Source: Myxococcales bacterium (GTDB taxonomy: Bacteria > Myxococcota_A > UBA9042 > JABWCM01 > BTVJ01). Taken from it: a DNA stretch of 64,000 bases. The stretch is from positions 71,663 to 135,662 of the forward strand of contig BTVJ01000015.1 of the NCBI GenBank assembly GCA_045863395.1, read 5' to 3'. A model generated the notes under the pieces. That model searched no databases. It was not told the origin of the DNA and saw nothing but the letters and a program-made list of their open reading frames with translations. Positions 19,139 through 31,425 of the stretch are shown in pieces. How positions within the stretch are numbered: position 1 is the stretch's first letter; each line of letters begins with the position of its first letter. The position numbers were made by a program, and so were the translations under genes.

Positions 19139-21051
<1,913 letters not shown>

Positions 21052-21065
21052 GATTCCCTCCAGCC

Positions 21066-21725
21066 CTACTTCACGAGCCCGGTCAGCACGGCGACCGGCA
21101 TCGAGATGTTTCCGATGACCACGACCAGGGTGATCGCGGTGGCGAGGCGGCGGCGCGCGGCGTTGTACTTCGTGTGGTTCCACCCCATGGACTGGAAGAG
21201 GCTCCAGATGCCGTGGTTCATGTGGTAGCCGAGCGCGAGCATCGCCACGATGTAGAAGAGGGAGACGTACCAGACCTGGAAGCCCTGGACGACGTTGCCG
21301 TAGACGTTGTGGGCGTCGAAGGTCCCCGGCCCGTAGCCCAGCGTCAGGTGGGCGACGTGGTACAGGATGAAGAACAGCAGGATGGGCCCGCTCCAGACCA
21401 TCGTGCGCGCCGCGTAGGTGGTCTTGCGGTCGGCCCGGAGACGGTAGCCGACCGGCCGCGCCGCGTTGTTGGCCGACCAGAGCTGGTACGCCGTCAGGAT
21501 GTGCAGCCCCACGCTGGCGAGGAGCACCAGGCGCACCGTCCACAGCAGAGGCATGCTGGTGCGCAGCAGCTTGGCGTATGCGTTGAGCTTCTCGGGACCG
21601 CCGAAGAGCTGCAGGTTGCCGATCATGTGACCGAGCACGAAGCCGATCAGGATGATCCCCGTGATGGCCATGATGGCCTTCTTGCCGATGGTCGAGCCAA
21701 CCAGTGTCGTTGCCCGGGCCGTCAT
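21066..21725 (-). CDS. sdhC: Succinate dehydrogenase cytochrome b subunit
   Basis: [32 protein letters not shown]; five TM helices. Confidence 0.93.
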   Translation of the reverse strand: MTARATTLVGSTIGKKAIMAITGIILIGFVLGHMIGNLQLFGGPEKLNAYAKLLRTSMPLLWTVRLVLLASVGLHILTAYQLWSANNAARPVGYRLRADRKTTYAARTMVWSGPILLFFILYHVAHLTLGYGPGTFDAHNVYGNVVQGFQVWYVSLFYIVAMLALGYHMNHGIWSLFQSMGWNHTKYNAARRRLATAITLVVVIGNISMPVAVLTGLVK

Positions 21726-22003
21726 ACGCGTCACCTCGCAGGCTGAAGAGCGCCACCTCCCCGGTGGTTGTGGCGCGTATACACCAAACGGACCCACAAT
21801 TGAAGAAGTCCTTGGGCCAAAATGACGCCGTGCGTCGCGTGCGTCGAAACCGCGCGAGGAGGTGCAGGTCGACAAAATCGTTGCGGTAGCAGATCCTGGG
21901 ACGTGGCTGTTGCGTCTACGCCCCTCGGAAGGTGGGGAACGGCTCACCAGGTAGAGCCAGTCGATTGAAATCCCTTGCGTAACAGCAAATGAAGGAGGAA
22001 CCC

Positions 22004-23179
22004 ATGAACCGTCTCTCGCGCACCCTGAACAGCCTGATCATCGCCGCCGGCCTCGCCCTGCCGGGGGTCGCCTCCGCCCAGTCCGCCGGGGCGCCGCTCG
22101 TCGCGGCGGGCCCCGTCGCTCCCGCGGACCAGCCGCTGATCCAGATCGCCATCCTGCTCGACACGTCGAACAGCATGGACGGCCTGATCAACCAGGCCAA
22201 GTCCCAGCTCTGGAAGATCGTCAACGAGTTCGCGCGCGCCAAGCGCAACGGCAAGTCGCCCCGCCTCGAGGTGGCGCTGTACGAGTACGGCAACGACAGC
22301 CTCCCCTCGGCGGAGGGCCACATCCGGCAGGTCGTGTCCCTGACCACGGATCTCGACAAGATCAGCGAGGAGCTCTTCGCGCTGAAGACCAACGGCGGCA
22401 GCGAGTTCTGCGGGCAGGTCATCGACCGGGCGACGGCGCAGCTCCCCTGGAGCAAGGACAAGGGGACCCTCAAGCTGATCTTCATCGCCGGCAACGAGCC
22501 CTTCACCCAGGGCCCGGTCGACTACCGCAAGGCGGCCAAGGGGGCCATCGAGAGCGGCATCGTGGTCAACACCATCCACTGCGGCAGCGACCGCGAGGGC
22601 GTCGAGGGCAAGTGGAAGGACGGGGCGCAGCTCGCCGACGGGCAGTACTCGTTCATCGACTCCAACCGCCAGGTGGCCCACGTCGCCACGCCGCAGGACG
22701 ACCAGATCTCCAAGCTCGGCGAGGAGCTCAACAAGACGTACATCGCCTACGGGCGCGCCGGGTCGGCCAAGAAGGAGCGGCAGGCCAAGCAGGACATGAA
22801 CGCCGCGTCGGTGGCGCAGGGCGCCGGGGTCCAGCGGGCGCTCGCCAAGTCCAGCGCGCAGTACAAGAACTCGGACTGGGATCTGGTCGACGCCGCGAAG
22901 GACTCGGGCGGCGCAGCGCTTGAGAGCCTGGCCGCGGAGGAGCTGCCCGCAGAGATGCAGAAGATGTCCAAAGACGAGCGCAAGTCCTACGTCAAGGGCA
23001 TGGAGACGAAGCGGGAGGAGCTGCAGAAGAAGATCGCCAGCCTGAACAAGGAGCGCGAGGAGTACCTGGCCAAGAAGCAGAAGGAGGCGGCCGAGAAGGG
23101 TGCCGAGGACACGTTCGACGCTGCCGTCATCAAGGCAGTCCGCAGCCAGGCCGCCAAGAAGGCCTTCACGTTCGAGTAG
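22004..23179 (+). CDS. Exported VWA-domain protein
   Basis: Signal peptide; LLDTSNSM MIDAS motif; NGGSEFCG; IAGNEPF. Confidence 0.88.
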   Translation: MNRLSRTLNSLIIAAGLALPGVASAQSAGAPLVAAGPVAPADQPLIQIAILLDTSNSMDGLINQAKSQLWKIVNEFARAKRNGKSPRLEVALYEYGNDSLPSAEGHIRQVVSLTTDLDKISEELFALKTNGGSEFCGQVIDRATAQLPWSKDKGTLKLIFIAGNEPFTQGPVDYRKAAKGAIESGIVVNTIHCGSDREGVEGKWKDGAQLADGQYSFIDSNRQVAHVATPQDDQISKLGEELNKTYIAYGRAGSAKKERQAKQDMNAASVAQGAGVQRALAKSSAQYKNSDWDLVDAAKDSGGAALESLAAEELPAEMQKMSKDERKSYVKGMETKREELQKKIASLNKEREEYLAKKQKEAAEKGAEDTFDAAVIKAVRSQAAKKAFTFE

Positions 23180-23289
23180 ACCCGCCTTCCCCCACGCGCA
23201 GTGCCTGTGCTACAACCGGTCGCAGCGGGGCGGCCGCGAGGCCTGCACTCACCCGCATCCAGAAGCCCAGCCACACCACAGCGCCTTGG

Positions 23290-24828
23290 ATGGACACGGT
23301 GGGGGAAGCGCGGACAGTCATCGTGGTCGGGGGTGGCATGGCGGGCCTCTCCACGGCCTGGGAGCTGGCTCGCGCAGGGGCGCGGGTGGTCCTCGTGGAG
23401 CGGGAGGCGGTCGCGGGCGGGCGCCTCTCCACCCCCCGAACGGTCACGCTGGAGCAGGGCGGGCGCACCTTCCACTTCCCCGTGGAGCACGGGATCCACG
23501 GCATCTGGCGCCAGTACCGTAACTTGCGCAGGCTGCTCGACGCGTGCGGCGCATCGCGCCTCCTCGCGCCATCCGGAGAGCAGGCGCTCGTGTTCGCGGA
23601 GGGCGACGAGGCGCTCCACATGCCCGTCGCGGAGGGACCCCGCACGTCTCGCCTGCCGGAGCCATTCCACCAGATCGCGATGCTCTCTCCCGACCTGCTG
23701 CGCCTGGCGCTGCGGTCGGGAGTGCTCCCCAATGTGCGGGCGTCTCTCGACCTGTGGCACGCCTGGTCGTTCGATCCGGACCGGGACGTGGCGGCCTATG
23801 ACGGCGCTTCGGTGGAGACCCTCATCGGACGCTGGCCGCTCCTCCTGCGGCGCCTGTTCGGCGCGCTGACCCACACCGGCTTCTTCCGCGACCCGAGCGA
23901 GGTGAGCCTCGCCGCGTTCTTCACGGGGCTCTCTCTGTATGTGCTCGGAGACAAGCGGGACACTGCCTTCGACCTGCTCACCGAGGACACCCAGACAGCG
24001 CTGATCGGGCCGCTCCTCCAGGAGGTGCGACGCCGCGGCGAGGTGAGGTTGGGCGCCTCCGTCGAGGACGTGCTCATCGAGGGCGGACACGCCCGCGGCG
24101 TGGTGGTCGACGGGGAGCGCGTCGCTGCCCACGCAGTGGTCCTCGCGGTCGATCCCCCTGCCCTCCGCGCCCTGTCTCGCGGCTCGCTGGGCGGGCTGCT
24201 GGGCGACGCCGCCATCCCAGATGGGCTCCACAGCCAGAGCGCGCGCATCTGGTTCGCCCGCTCGCCCCGCAAGGACCGCGCCCCCATGGGCGTGTGGGTC
24301 AGCGAGGGTCCGGACGCCTGGTTCTGGCTCCACCGCCTCCAGAGGCCGTACCGCGCCTGGCACGAGGCCACGGGGGGGAGCTGCGTGGAGTGCCACCTCT
24401 ACGGACGCCGGGCGGAGGAGGCCGTGACCCAGCCGGACGGCGTGGTCCTCGACCGGGTCGCAGCGGCGGTCGAGCGGGCATGGCCCGAGGTGAGCGGCTC
24501 TCGGATCCACGCCGACCTCTGCCGGAACCCGCCGACGCATGTCTCCTTCGAGCCGGGCTCCATGGTCCGGCTGCCGCAGGTCGCGACGTTCGTAAGCAAC
24601 CTCGCGCTGTGCGGTGACTTCGTGGCGGCGCGCTACCCGGTGCTCTACCTGGAGCGCGCGACGCTGACCGGCCTGGAGGCAGCGCGACACGTAGCGCCCG
24701 CGCTCGGGCTGGATCCCGCGGCCCTACCGGAGCCGCTGCCGCCTTTCCCCGCGCGGCGCCACGTCCGCGCCCTGCGGGGGACGCTACGACTCTTGCGGGC
24801 ACGTGGGCTGCTGACGGCCCTTGCCTGA
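23290..24828 (+). CDS. FAD-dependent amine-oxidase-family desaturase (CrtU/phytoene desaturase-like)
   Basis: VVGGGMAGLSTA, EHGIHGIWRQYRNL, CGDFV, ERATLTGLEAA. Confidence 0.75.
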   Translation: MDTVGEARTVIVVGGGMAGLSTAWELARAGARVVLVEREAVAGGRLSTPRTVTLEQGGRTFHFPVEHGIHGIWRQYRNLRRLLDACGASRLLAPSGEQALVFAEGDEALHMPVAEGPRTSRLPEPFHQIAMLSPDLLRLALRSGVLPNVRASLDLWHAWSFDPDRDVAAYDGASVETLIGRWPLLLRRLFGALTHTGFFRDPSEVSLAAFFTGLSLYVLGDKRDTAFDLLTEDTQTALIGPLLQEVRRRGEVRLGASVEDVLIEGGHARGVVVDGERVAAHAVVLAVDPPALRALSRGSLGGLLGDAAIPDGLHSQSARIWFARSPRKDRAPMGVWVSEGPDAWFWLHRLQRPYRAWHEATGGSCVECHLYGRRAEEAVTQPDGVVLDRVAAAVERAWPEVSGSRIHADLCRNPPTHVSFEPGSMVRLPQVATFVSNLALCGDFVAARYPVLYLERATLTGLEAARHVAPALGLDPAALPEPLPPFPARRHVRALRGTLRLLRARGLLTALA

Positions 24829-24882
24829 AGACCGGCGGGGTCGCTCCCCGCTCCAAGTGGCCCAAGTGGCCCAAGAAGAACG

Positions 24883-27090
24883 ATGAGCCGGCGCGCACCC
24901 ACCTCGCGATTCACCCTCTCCGTCGAGCGCACCCTTGCGTCCATGGAGCGGCAGGTGCGCGACTTCTACCACGAGGAGTCACGCGCCCAGTACGCAGCGC
25001 GCCTTCGCTTCTCCGCGCTCATCGGCATGATCTTCGTGTCCTTCTTCTTTGGCCTCGACCTGATCACCTGGCTCATGATCCACGAGGACTTTCCGATCAT
25101 CGCGCTCGGGCTGGTCCGCGTCCTGTCCATCGTCGTGTTCTGGGCCATGGGGCGCGCCCTCGCGGCTCGGCCCTATGCTCCCCGGACCCTGCTGGTGCTC
25201 GATCTGGCGATCTTCGCAAGCGTCGGTGTGTTCGAGGGCGCGCTGTGCCTCTGGGTGGATGGGATCGGGAGCAACTACTACGCGGGCATCATGCTGCTGA
25301 TGATGGTGCGAGGGATGCTCGTGCCCACCAGCATGCGGCGTACGATCGGCGTCATGCTGGCCGCCTGGGGCATGTGGGTCGGCATCCTCTTCGTAGCGGC
25401 GCTGGTCCACCAGGGTACGGCGGATCAGTTCGCCAACCGGCACGAGCTCGGCATGTTCCTGTCCAACAACTTCTTCACCCTCACCGGGTTCGGAGTGGCG
25501 GTCGTGTCGGCGGCCGTGATGTACAGCTTGCGCCGGAGCGCTGCGCAGGCGAGGCAGATCGGGCGCTACCGACTGATCCGGTGCTTGGGCCGCGGCGGGA
25601 TGGGGGAGGTCTACCTCGCGGAGATCGGGGTCCTGCGCCGCCCGTGCGCCGTCAAGATCATCGGGCGGTCCATGCCGGTCTCGGAGGTCGCGCGCAAGCG
25701 CTTCCAGCACGAGGCGCTCGAGACGAGCCGCCTCGCCCACCCGAACACCATCGGGATCTTCGACTTCGGCGAGACGGACGACGGAGTCCTCTACTACGCC
25801 ATGGAGTACCTGGATGGCCTCGACCTGGGTGAGCTGCTCCGCATCGAGGGGCGCGTTCCCCCGGCGCGCGCAGTCCACTTCGCCATGCAGGCGTGCGCGT
25901 CCCTGGGAGACGCCCACCAGAAGCGCATCGTGCACCGGGACATCAAGCCGGAGAACCTCCTCGTCACGGGCCCCAGCGCCGAGCCCGACTTCCTGAAGGT
26001 GCTCGACTTCGGGCTCGCCAAGGCGCTCGGCACCGACGGCGGCGCGACAGTGGACATGACTGGGGCCCACGCGGTGATCGGCACCCCCCTCTACATGAGC
26101 CCTGAGGCCTGCGAGGGCGGCCGCATCGACGCCCGCAGCGACGTCTACAGCCTCGGCGCGGTGCTATACCACCTGCTGACGGGGAGCGTCGTCCATGCCG
26201 GGACGACCGCCACGAGCATCATGGTCGCGCACATGACGATGCCCGCGGAGCCTCCAAGCAGCCGCGCCCCGGGGGCGGCAATCCCCCACGACCTGGAGGA
26301 GATCGTCATGAAGGCGATCGCCCGCGCCCCGGAGCAGCGCTTCCCCTCCATGGAGGCCCTGCGGGCCGCCCTGAGCGGCTGCTCGGTGGCCAGCGCCTGG
26401 ACCCGGGAGCACGCCGAGGCGTGGTGGGTGGAGCGGGACACGAAGGTCAGGGCGGTTCATGCGCGCCGCGCGGAGCAGACCTCCGGCGCCCTCACGTTCT
26501 TCGACCGGGCCGTGGGGTCCGCAGCGGAGGAGCCCCCGCCGGGTGCCGTCAGCCTCGACCCGGTGATCCCGGAGCACACTCCGTACAGCGACACCATGGC
26601 GGCGCCCCTCGCAGGGCAGGCGCGCGTGGACGACGCGATCTCAACCGCCCTGTCGGATCTCTACCAGGCCGGCTGGCTCCTGGACGTGGCGGCCCTCCGC
26701 GCCCGCCGCCCGCAGCACATCCTGTTCGTGTGCGACGACAACGCCGCCGTGAGCCAGATGGCCGAGGCGATCGGGCGCTCCCTCGCGCCGCCAGGGGTGG
26801 TGGTGTCCTCTGCGGGTCTTGCCCCGGCGCCCGTCAGCGAGCCCGCCATCGCCGCCCTCCGCGAGGCGGGGGTCGCAGTGGACGCCCCGGTCGCCAAGCC
26901 CCTCGCCGCGCTGGATCTGAGCACCGTGGACACCGTAGTCCTGCTGACACCCAACCGGCCCTCAGACCCGCTGCCGCCCCACGCCCAGCGCCTGAGCTGG
27001 CCCATGCCTCCGATCAGGGGCGGCGGGCCCGACGTACACCGGGCGGTCCGCGACGAGCTGACCCACCGGCTACGCGTCTTGTTTGCCTGA
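24883..27090 (+). CDS. Membrane Ser/Thr protein kinase with C-terminal degenerate LMW-PTP/ArsC-like domain
   Basis: About 6 TM helices; GRGGMGEV, AVK, HRDIKPEN, DFG, GTPLYMSPE; tail HILFVCDDNAAVSQMAE..SAG. Confidence 0.9.
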   Translation: MSRRAPTSRFTLSVERTLASMERQVRDFYHEESRAQYAARLRFSALIGMIFVSFFFGLDLITWLMIHEDFPIIALGLVRVLSIVVFWAMGRALAARPYAPRTLLVLDLAIFASVGVFEGALCLWVDGIGSNYYAGIMLLMMVRGMLVPTSMRRTIGVMLAAWGMWVGILFVAALVHQGTADQFANRHELGMFLSNNFFTLTGFGVAVVSAAVMYSLRRSAAQARQIGRYRLIRCLGRGGMGEVYLAEIGVLRRPCAVKIIGRSMPVSEVARKRFQHEALETSRLAHPNTIGIFDFGETDDGVLYYAMEYLDGLDLGELLRIEGRVPPARAVHFAMQACASLGDAHQKRIVHRDIKPENLLVTGPSAEPDFLKVLDFGLAKALGTDGGATVDMTGAHAVIGTPLYMSPEACEGGRIDARSDVYSLGAVLYHLLTGSVVHAGTTATSIMVAHMTMPAEPPSSRAPGAAIPHDLEEIVMKAIARAPEQRFPSMEALRAALSGCSVASAWTREHAEAWWVERDTKVRAVHARRAEQTSGALTFFDRAVGSAAEEPPPGAVSLDPVIPEHTPYSDTMAAPLAGQARVDDAISTALSDLYQAGWLLDVAALRARRPQHILFVCDDNAAVSQMAEAIGRSLAPPGVVVSSAGLAPAPVSEPAIAALREAGVAVDAPVAKPLAALDLSTVDTVVLLTPNRPSDPLPPHAQRLSWPMPPIRGGGPDVHRAVRDELTHRLRVLFA

Positions 27091-27102
27091 GGCGGGGCGC
27101 AT

Positions 27103-27158
27103 AAAGAGAGAAGGGAGGCATCGGGCCTCGCGGGGCAGCGAGGATCCCGATGCCCCCC
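27103..27158 (-). terminator. Putative intrinsic terminator
   Basis: GGCATCGGG/CCCGATGCC stem with inner CCTCGC/GCGAGG stem; pyrimidine tract follows on the minus strand. Confidence 0.5.
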
Positions 27159-27542
27159 AAGGGGGCTCGGCCAGTCGGGTGCTCGAGGCGCGGCAGTGGA
27201 GGCGGTTGCATCTGGGAGCACCCCTCCGTCCGACCCAGGCCCAGGGTAGCGACTCCGACAGCGGGGCGAGGGAGGCCCCGCGGTCGTGGTCACTGATGGC
27301 GGTCAGCGCGGCAGCGAGGAGGCGGCTCGAGACCGCCCTGACCGCCGCCCGGCGCCAGGCAGGCCTGACACCGGGCGATTGCGCACTGGCACAACGGAAC
27401 ATCGAACCATGGAGCACTGGCCACGAACCGTCTGCGTGATTCACCTCCGGGTCGCCGGCGCGCGCGGGTGGGCGCGCGGCTCGTGTCGTTCACGTTCACC
27501 CGCGGCTGGCGTCTTGCCTTGCGGGGGCTTCGGTAGCTGGGC

Positions 27543-28184
27543 CTAGAAGTAGTATCTGAGCCCGACAGTCGCCTGGAAGTTGCCGGGGCTGATGAAGTCG
27601 GACGCCTCGTAGGATGTCGGCGTCCCTATCGTCTCCCCTGCCCCCTCCTCGGTCAGCGCGCCCTCCTTCAGCGCGTGTGAGAGAACCGTCTGCTGGATGG
27701 AGCGGAGACCCGGTATGACCATCAGGTACTCCGCGGCGATGGTGAAGTGTTCGTCGATGTACACCTCCGCGCCGAGGCCCGCCTGGTACGAGTTGCTCTC
27801 GGCAGTCAAGCTGGCCAGGTCCTTGAAGTTGTCGGCCCCAAGCCCCCCGGTCAGGTAGATCCCCACCTCGTCGAGCGGCACCACGAAGATCTGGGCCGCG
27901 AGGCGCAGGCGGCTGTGAAAGACGAGCGTGTCCGCGTCGGCGCTCTCCGCTGCGGCGTTGAAGTTGAACTGGAGGCCCAGCACCCGCACCAGTCGCACGT
28001 GGACGAGCAGCTCGGAGACGAATCGGCTGTCGGAGGACGCGTCGAGCTGCGTACCGTGACTCACTCCGAGCTGGGTCCCGACGGCGGCCGTGAAGAGGTC
28101 GGTCGCGTCGGCGGCCGCCTGCATGGGCGCCGCCACCATCGCGCCCGCCAAGAGCGCACCTGAAAGTCGTCTCTTGCGCGACAT
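27543..28184 (-). CDS. Outer-membrane beta-barrel protein
   Basis: Signal peptide; alternating beta pattern; C-terminal VGLRYYF. Confidence 0.8.
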   Translation of the reverse strand: MSRKRRLSGALLAGAMVAAPMQAAADATDLFTAAVGTQLGVSHGTQLDASSDSRFVSELLVHVRLVRVLGLQFNFNAAAESADADTLVFHSRLRLAAQIFVVPLDEVGIYLTGGLGADNFKDLASLTAESNSYQAGLGAEVYIDEHFTIAAEYLMVIPGLRSIQQTVLSHALKEGALTEEGAGETIGTPTSYEASDFISPGNFQATVGLRYYF

Positions 28185-28272
28185 CGAGTTCACCGGGTCT
28201 CCAGCCTCGCCCTGCGCCTCCGCGGCCTGCCCTGGCCGCCCTCGTAGGGCATCCATCCGACGAGGGACCTCA

Positions 28273-28290
28273 TTGCCAGCGGCGTGCCAG
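28273..28290 (-). promoter_or_regulatory. Putative sigma54 -24/-12 promoter for the OMP gene
   Basis: Minus strand CTGGCACGCCGCTGGCAA (GG-N10-GC). Confidence 0.55.
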
Positions 28291-28521
28291 AGTCCGACTG
28301 GTGAGGCACATGCCGCCAAGCGGCTGCAACACCCTGAAAATACTTGCGGTGCCGCCATGAAACCGCTCGCAAGGGGGCAGCCCCAGGGGGGTGCTGGCGA
28401 CCCGGAGGGTCCATCGGGACCCGCTTCGGGTGTGGCGCTCGCCGGGTCGCCCGCGTCAAGTACCGCCGCTGGGCGGCCCACGCCCCGTCGACCAGGGGCC
28501 TGCCATCGAGCGATCCGGGTC

Positions 28522-28550
28522 TTGACGCCCCTCCGTGAATCGTCCATTAT
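28522..28550 (+). promoter_or_regulatory. Putative sigma70 promoter of ihfB
   Basis: TTGACG-N17-CATTAT. Confidence 0.45.
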
Positions 28551-28688
28551 CTCCGAGTCTTAGCATACAGGATGGTCGACCGGACGGGACGCCAGGTCGA
28601 ACAACTGAGCGTCACCCGACTCGCTGCCCGATGGTCCCCAGGGTATCGCCGGTCCCGAGTCGGAGATTCACAGGCGGAGGCAGGATTG

Positions 28689-28970
28689 ATGACGAAGGCG
28701 GAGCTCATCGACGCGGTCACGTCGCAGACTCAGCTGACCCGGAAGACCGTCGAGGCGATCGTCAACACGATCTTCGACAGCATGATCGACGCCATGCGGG
28801 ACGGCGAGCGCATCGAGATACGGGGCTTCGGCAACTTCACCATGAAGGAGTACCGGGCCTACAACGGGCGCAACCCGAAGACCGGCGACACGGTCCCGGT
28901 GCCCTCCAAGCGCATGCCGTTCTTCAAGGTAGGCAAGGACCTGCGAGACAGGGTGGACAACGGCGAGTAG
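28689..28970 (+). CDS. ihfB: Integration host factor beta / HU family protein
   Basis: MTKAELI, GERIEIRGFGNF, GRNPKTG, PFFKVGKDLRDRV. Confidence 0.88.
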   Translation: MTKAELIDAVTSQTQLTRKTVEAIVNTIFDSMIDAMRDGERIEIRGFGNFTMKEYRAYNGRNPKTGDTVPVPSKRMPFFKVGKDLRDRVDNGE

Positions 28971-28983
28971 CCCCCGGAGACCC

Positions 28984-30108
28984 GTGGAGAGCAGTCCCCC
29001 AGGTCCACCGCCTGATCGTCCGTCGCCGCCCGGTGCCCTTGCTGCTCCGGTGACAGCGAACGGCGTCGCGGGCATGCCCCGCGCCCTGTTCGGGGATCTT
29101 CCCACGCCTGTTCATCCCATGGAGCGCTTGGGGGAGGCTCTCCACCACGACGCGCTGTGGGTCAAGCGGGACGACGCCTCCGCACACCCGTACGGGGGCA
29201 ACAAGGTCCGAAAGCTCGAGTTTCTGCTTGGCCTCGCCGTCGCGCGCGGCGCAACCCGCGTCGCCACCGTCGGCGCGCTGGGGTCCAACCACGTTCTCGC
29301 TACCGCGGTGTTTGCGCGCCAGGTCGGGCTCGGGTGTGCGGCCATCTCTTTTCCCCGACCGATGAATGCTGGCGTCGTGCGCACTGTGCTCGCGACCGCG
29401 TCACAGGGGTGCCGGCTCATCCACCTGCCCACACCGGCGCTCGTGCCGCTCGCGGTCTCGGCGGTACGGACCGCTGCTGCCCTCCGGCGGGAGCGGCTGT
29501 GCTGGATCACGGGCGGGGGCTCTTCCGCACTGGGGTCCGTCGGGTATGTGCTCGCCGCCCTCGAGCTTGCGGAGCAGGTGCGCGCCGGGGCGCTCCCAGA
29601 GCCCGCGTGGCTGTATGTGGCGCTCGGCTCCGGCGGTACGGCCGCGGGGCTGCTCGCCGGCCTCCAGATCGCCGGGCTGCGGACGCGAATCCGCGCGGTC
29701 CGCGTGGTCCCGGGCCTGATCATCGGCCCCCGACGCACCGCCGCGTTGGCCAACGCTGCGCTGCGTCTCCTCGCGGCGGCGGGCTGGGACCATGGCGCGC
29801 GGCCGCTCGTGGCGGGAGACCTGGAGGTGGTCGGCGACCAGCTCGGTGGTGGCTACGGCCACTCGACCAGGGCGTCCGCGGCGGCGGTCCGCCTCATCAC
29901 CGAAACGGAGGGGATCCCGTGCGAGGAGACCTACACCGGCAAGACCCTCGCGGCCCTGGTCACGGACCTGGGCTCGGGCCGGGTAGCGCCCGGGGCGCCG
30001 GTGCTGTTCTGGAGCACGTACAGCGGCACGAGTGTGGAGGCCCTGGTGGAGCCTGGCGCTCACCGGGAGCTTCCCGCGTCCGTGAGGCGCTCGCTACCGT
30101 GGGTCTAA
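28984..30108 (+). CDS. PLP-dependent ACC deaminase/D-cysteine desulfhydrase family protein
   Basis: LWVKRDD, GGNKVRKLE, GSNH, GSGGTAAG, YTGK; start uncertain. Confidence 0.9.
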   Translation: MESSPPGPPPDRPSPPGALAAPVTANGVAGMPRALFGDLPTPVHPMERLGEALHHDALWVKRDDASAHPYGGNKVRKLEFLLGLAVARGATRVATVGALGSNHVLATAVFARQVGLGCAAISFPRPMNAGVVRTVLATASQGCRLIHLPTPALVPLAVSAVRTAAALRRERLCWITGGGSSALGSVGYVLAALELAEQVRAGALPEPAWLYVALGSGGTAAGLLAGLQIAGLRTRIRAVRVVPGLIIGPRRTAALANAALRLLAAAGWDHGARPLVAGDLEVVGDQLGGGYGHSTRASAAAVRLITETEGIPCEETYTGKTLAALVTDLGSGRVAPGAPVLFWSTYSGTSVEALVEPGAHRELPASVRRSLPWV

Positions 30109-30150
30109 GGGCTGGGATGAACAGGAGAGGCTGGAAGCAAGCGGAACGGC

Positions 30151-31212
30151 CTAGAGGATAGCGGCCAGCATGCCCTGCTTCTTGCCGGCCTCGATCAGCT
30201 TCTTCACCTGATCGGCGCTCGCGCTTGCGCTCATGGTCAGCACGTCGCCGGCGACCTCGACCTTCACGGACTCGACGATCTTCTTGAGGTCCTCGCCGAT
30301 GTCGGGGACGCTGGCGGCAAATCCGGCCCCGAGGCCGATGCCCATCTTGATCTGGGTCTGGGCCTTGGTGGCCTCCTCGGCCGAGGCCATCTTGATGGCC
30401 GACTTCAGCTCGATACCACCACCGAGATCGACGCTCAGCGCCACATGGGAGGCCTTGCCGAACATCTCGGCGCCCGGGGTCGCCTCGAGGGCCTCCTTGG
30501 GGATGGCCATGGCCATCCAGAAGGTGGCGCCCTCGTCCACGTGCTTGCGAATGGCCTTCAGGTCCGCATTGGCGTCGACGGACTCGCCGGTGCCCTTGGA
30601 CAGCTTGACCGCGGTGCCGAACATTTCGGGAGTGCCCGCCAGCAGCACGCCATCGGCCGGGAAGCCGACGGTGCCCTTGCCGCGCTTGTCAGTGATGGTC
30701 TTGACGCCCTCGATGTCCTTCTCCTCGCCCTTCTCGCCTGCGGACTCCTTCAGGAAGCCCATCATCTTGGTCGAGTCCCAGGAGCCAGTGACCACCGCGA
30801 CGAACTTGGGGTCCCCATCCTCGGAGCCACGCGCCATGGGCATGGGGAGCTTGGAGGCGCCGAAGGCGATGGTCGCGACCTTCTTGTAGTCGAAGCCGGC
30901 CTTGTCGCTCATCTCCTTGAAGCTCTTGTCGCCGTTGATCTTCTTCTCGATCTCGGGGCCGAGCTCCTTGTAGATGGTCGAGTCGTAGAAGCCCTTGACG
31001 TCGAAGCCGCCCACCACCTGGACGTCCTTGGGGATGTAGTTGGTCACGAGCTTGGAGGCGTCACCGCCCGCCTTGCGGAACGCAAACCACCAGACGGCGA
31101 ACGCGATCGCGGCGAGGACGACGACGCCGAGGATGATCGGCGCGGCCTTGCCGGAACGGTTGACGCGCAGCGGCAGCCTCGTGCCTGCGATCTTGTCCTG
31201 TACCTGGTTCAT
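30151..31212 (-). CDS. Membrane-anchored hypothetical protein (DUF3352-like)
   Basis: GGAG RBS; single N-terminal TM helix; strong codon bias. Confidence 0.7.
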   Translation of the reverse strand: MNQVQDKIAGTRLPLRVNRSGKAAPIILGVVVLAAIAFAVWWFAFRKAGGDASKLVTNYIPKDVQVVGGFDVKGFYDSTIYKELGPEIEKKINGDKSFKEMSDKAGFDYKKVATIAFGASKLPMPMARGSEDGDPKFVAVVTGSWDSTKMMGFLKESAGEKGEEKDIEGVKTITDKRGKGTVGFPADGVLLAGTPEMFGTAVKLSKGTGESVDANADLKAIRKHVDEGATFWMAMAIPKEALEATPGAEMFGKASHVALSVDLGGGIELKSAIKMASAEEATKAQTQIKMGIGLGAGFAASVPDIGEDLKKIVESVKVEVAGDVLTMSASASADQVKKLIEAGKKQGMLAAIL

Positions 31213-31425
31213 CTCTCTCCTCCTGAGGGCACTGTTCCGGAAAGCGCTAGTGGGTGACTCCGGTCACCGCACCTCTCTCCTTGACATTTTCGGCGCGGAC
31301 CATATCAGGGGTCCCTCGGTGGCACAAGCTGAAAATCGCGAGGCGCGCGGGGGGGCTTCCGGCGTTGATCCGCGCCCTCTGGAGGGGCTATCCTGCGTCG
31401 GACCCGCCCCTGAACCGGAGGTCCG

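Noticed and set aside
24853..24875. Tandem CCAAGTGGC x2.5 upstream of the kinase
   Set aside because: Too short to assign; not CRISPR-like.
27160..27542. Short ORFs between the kinase and OMP genes
   Set aside because: No codon bias or recognisable motif.
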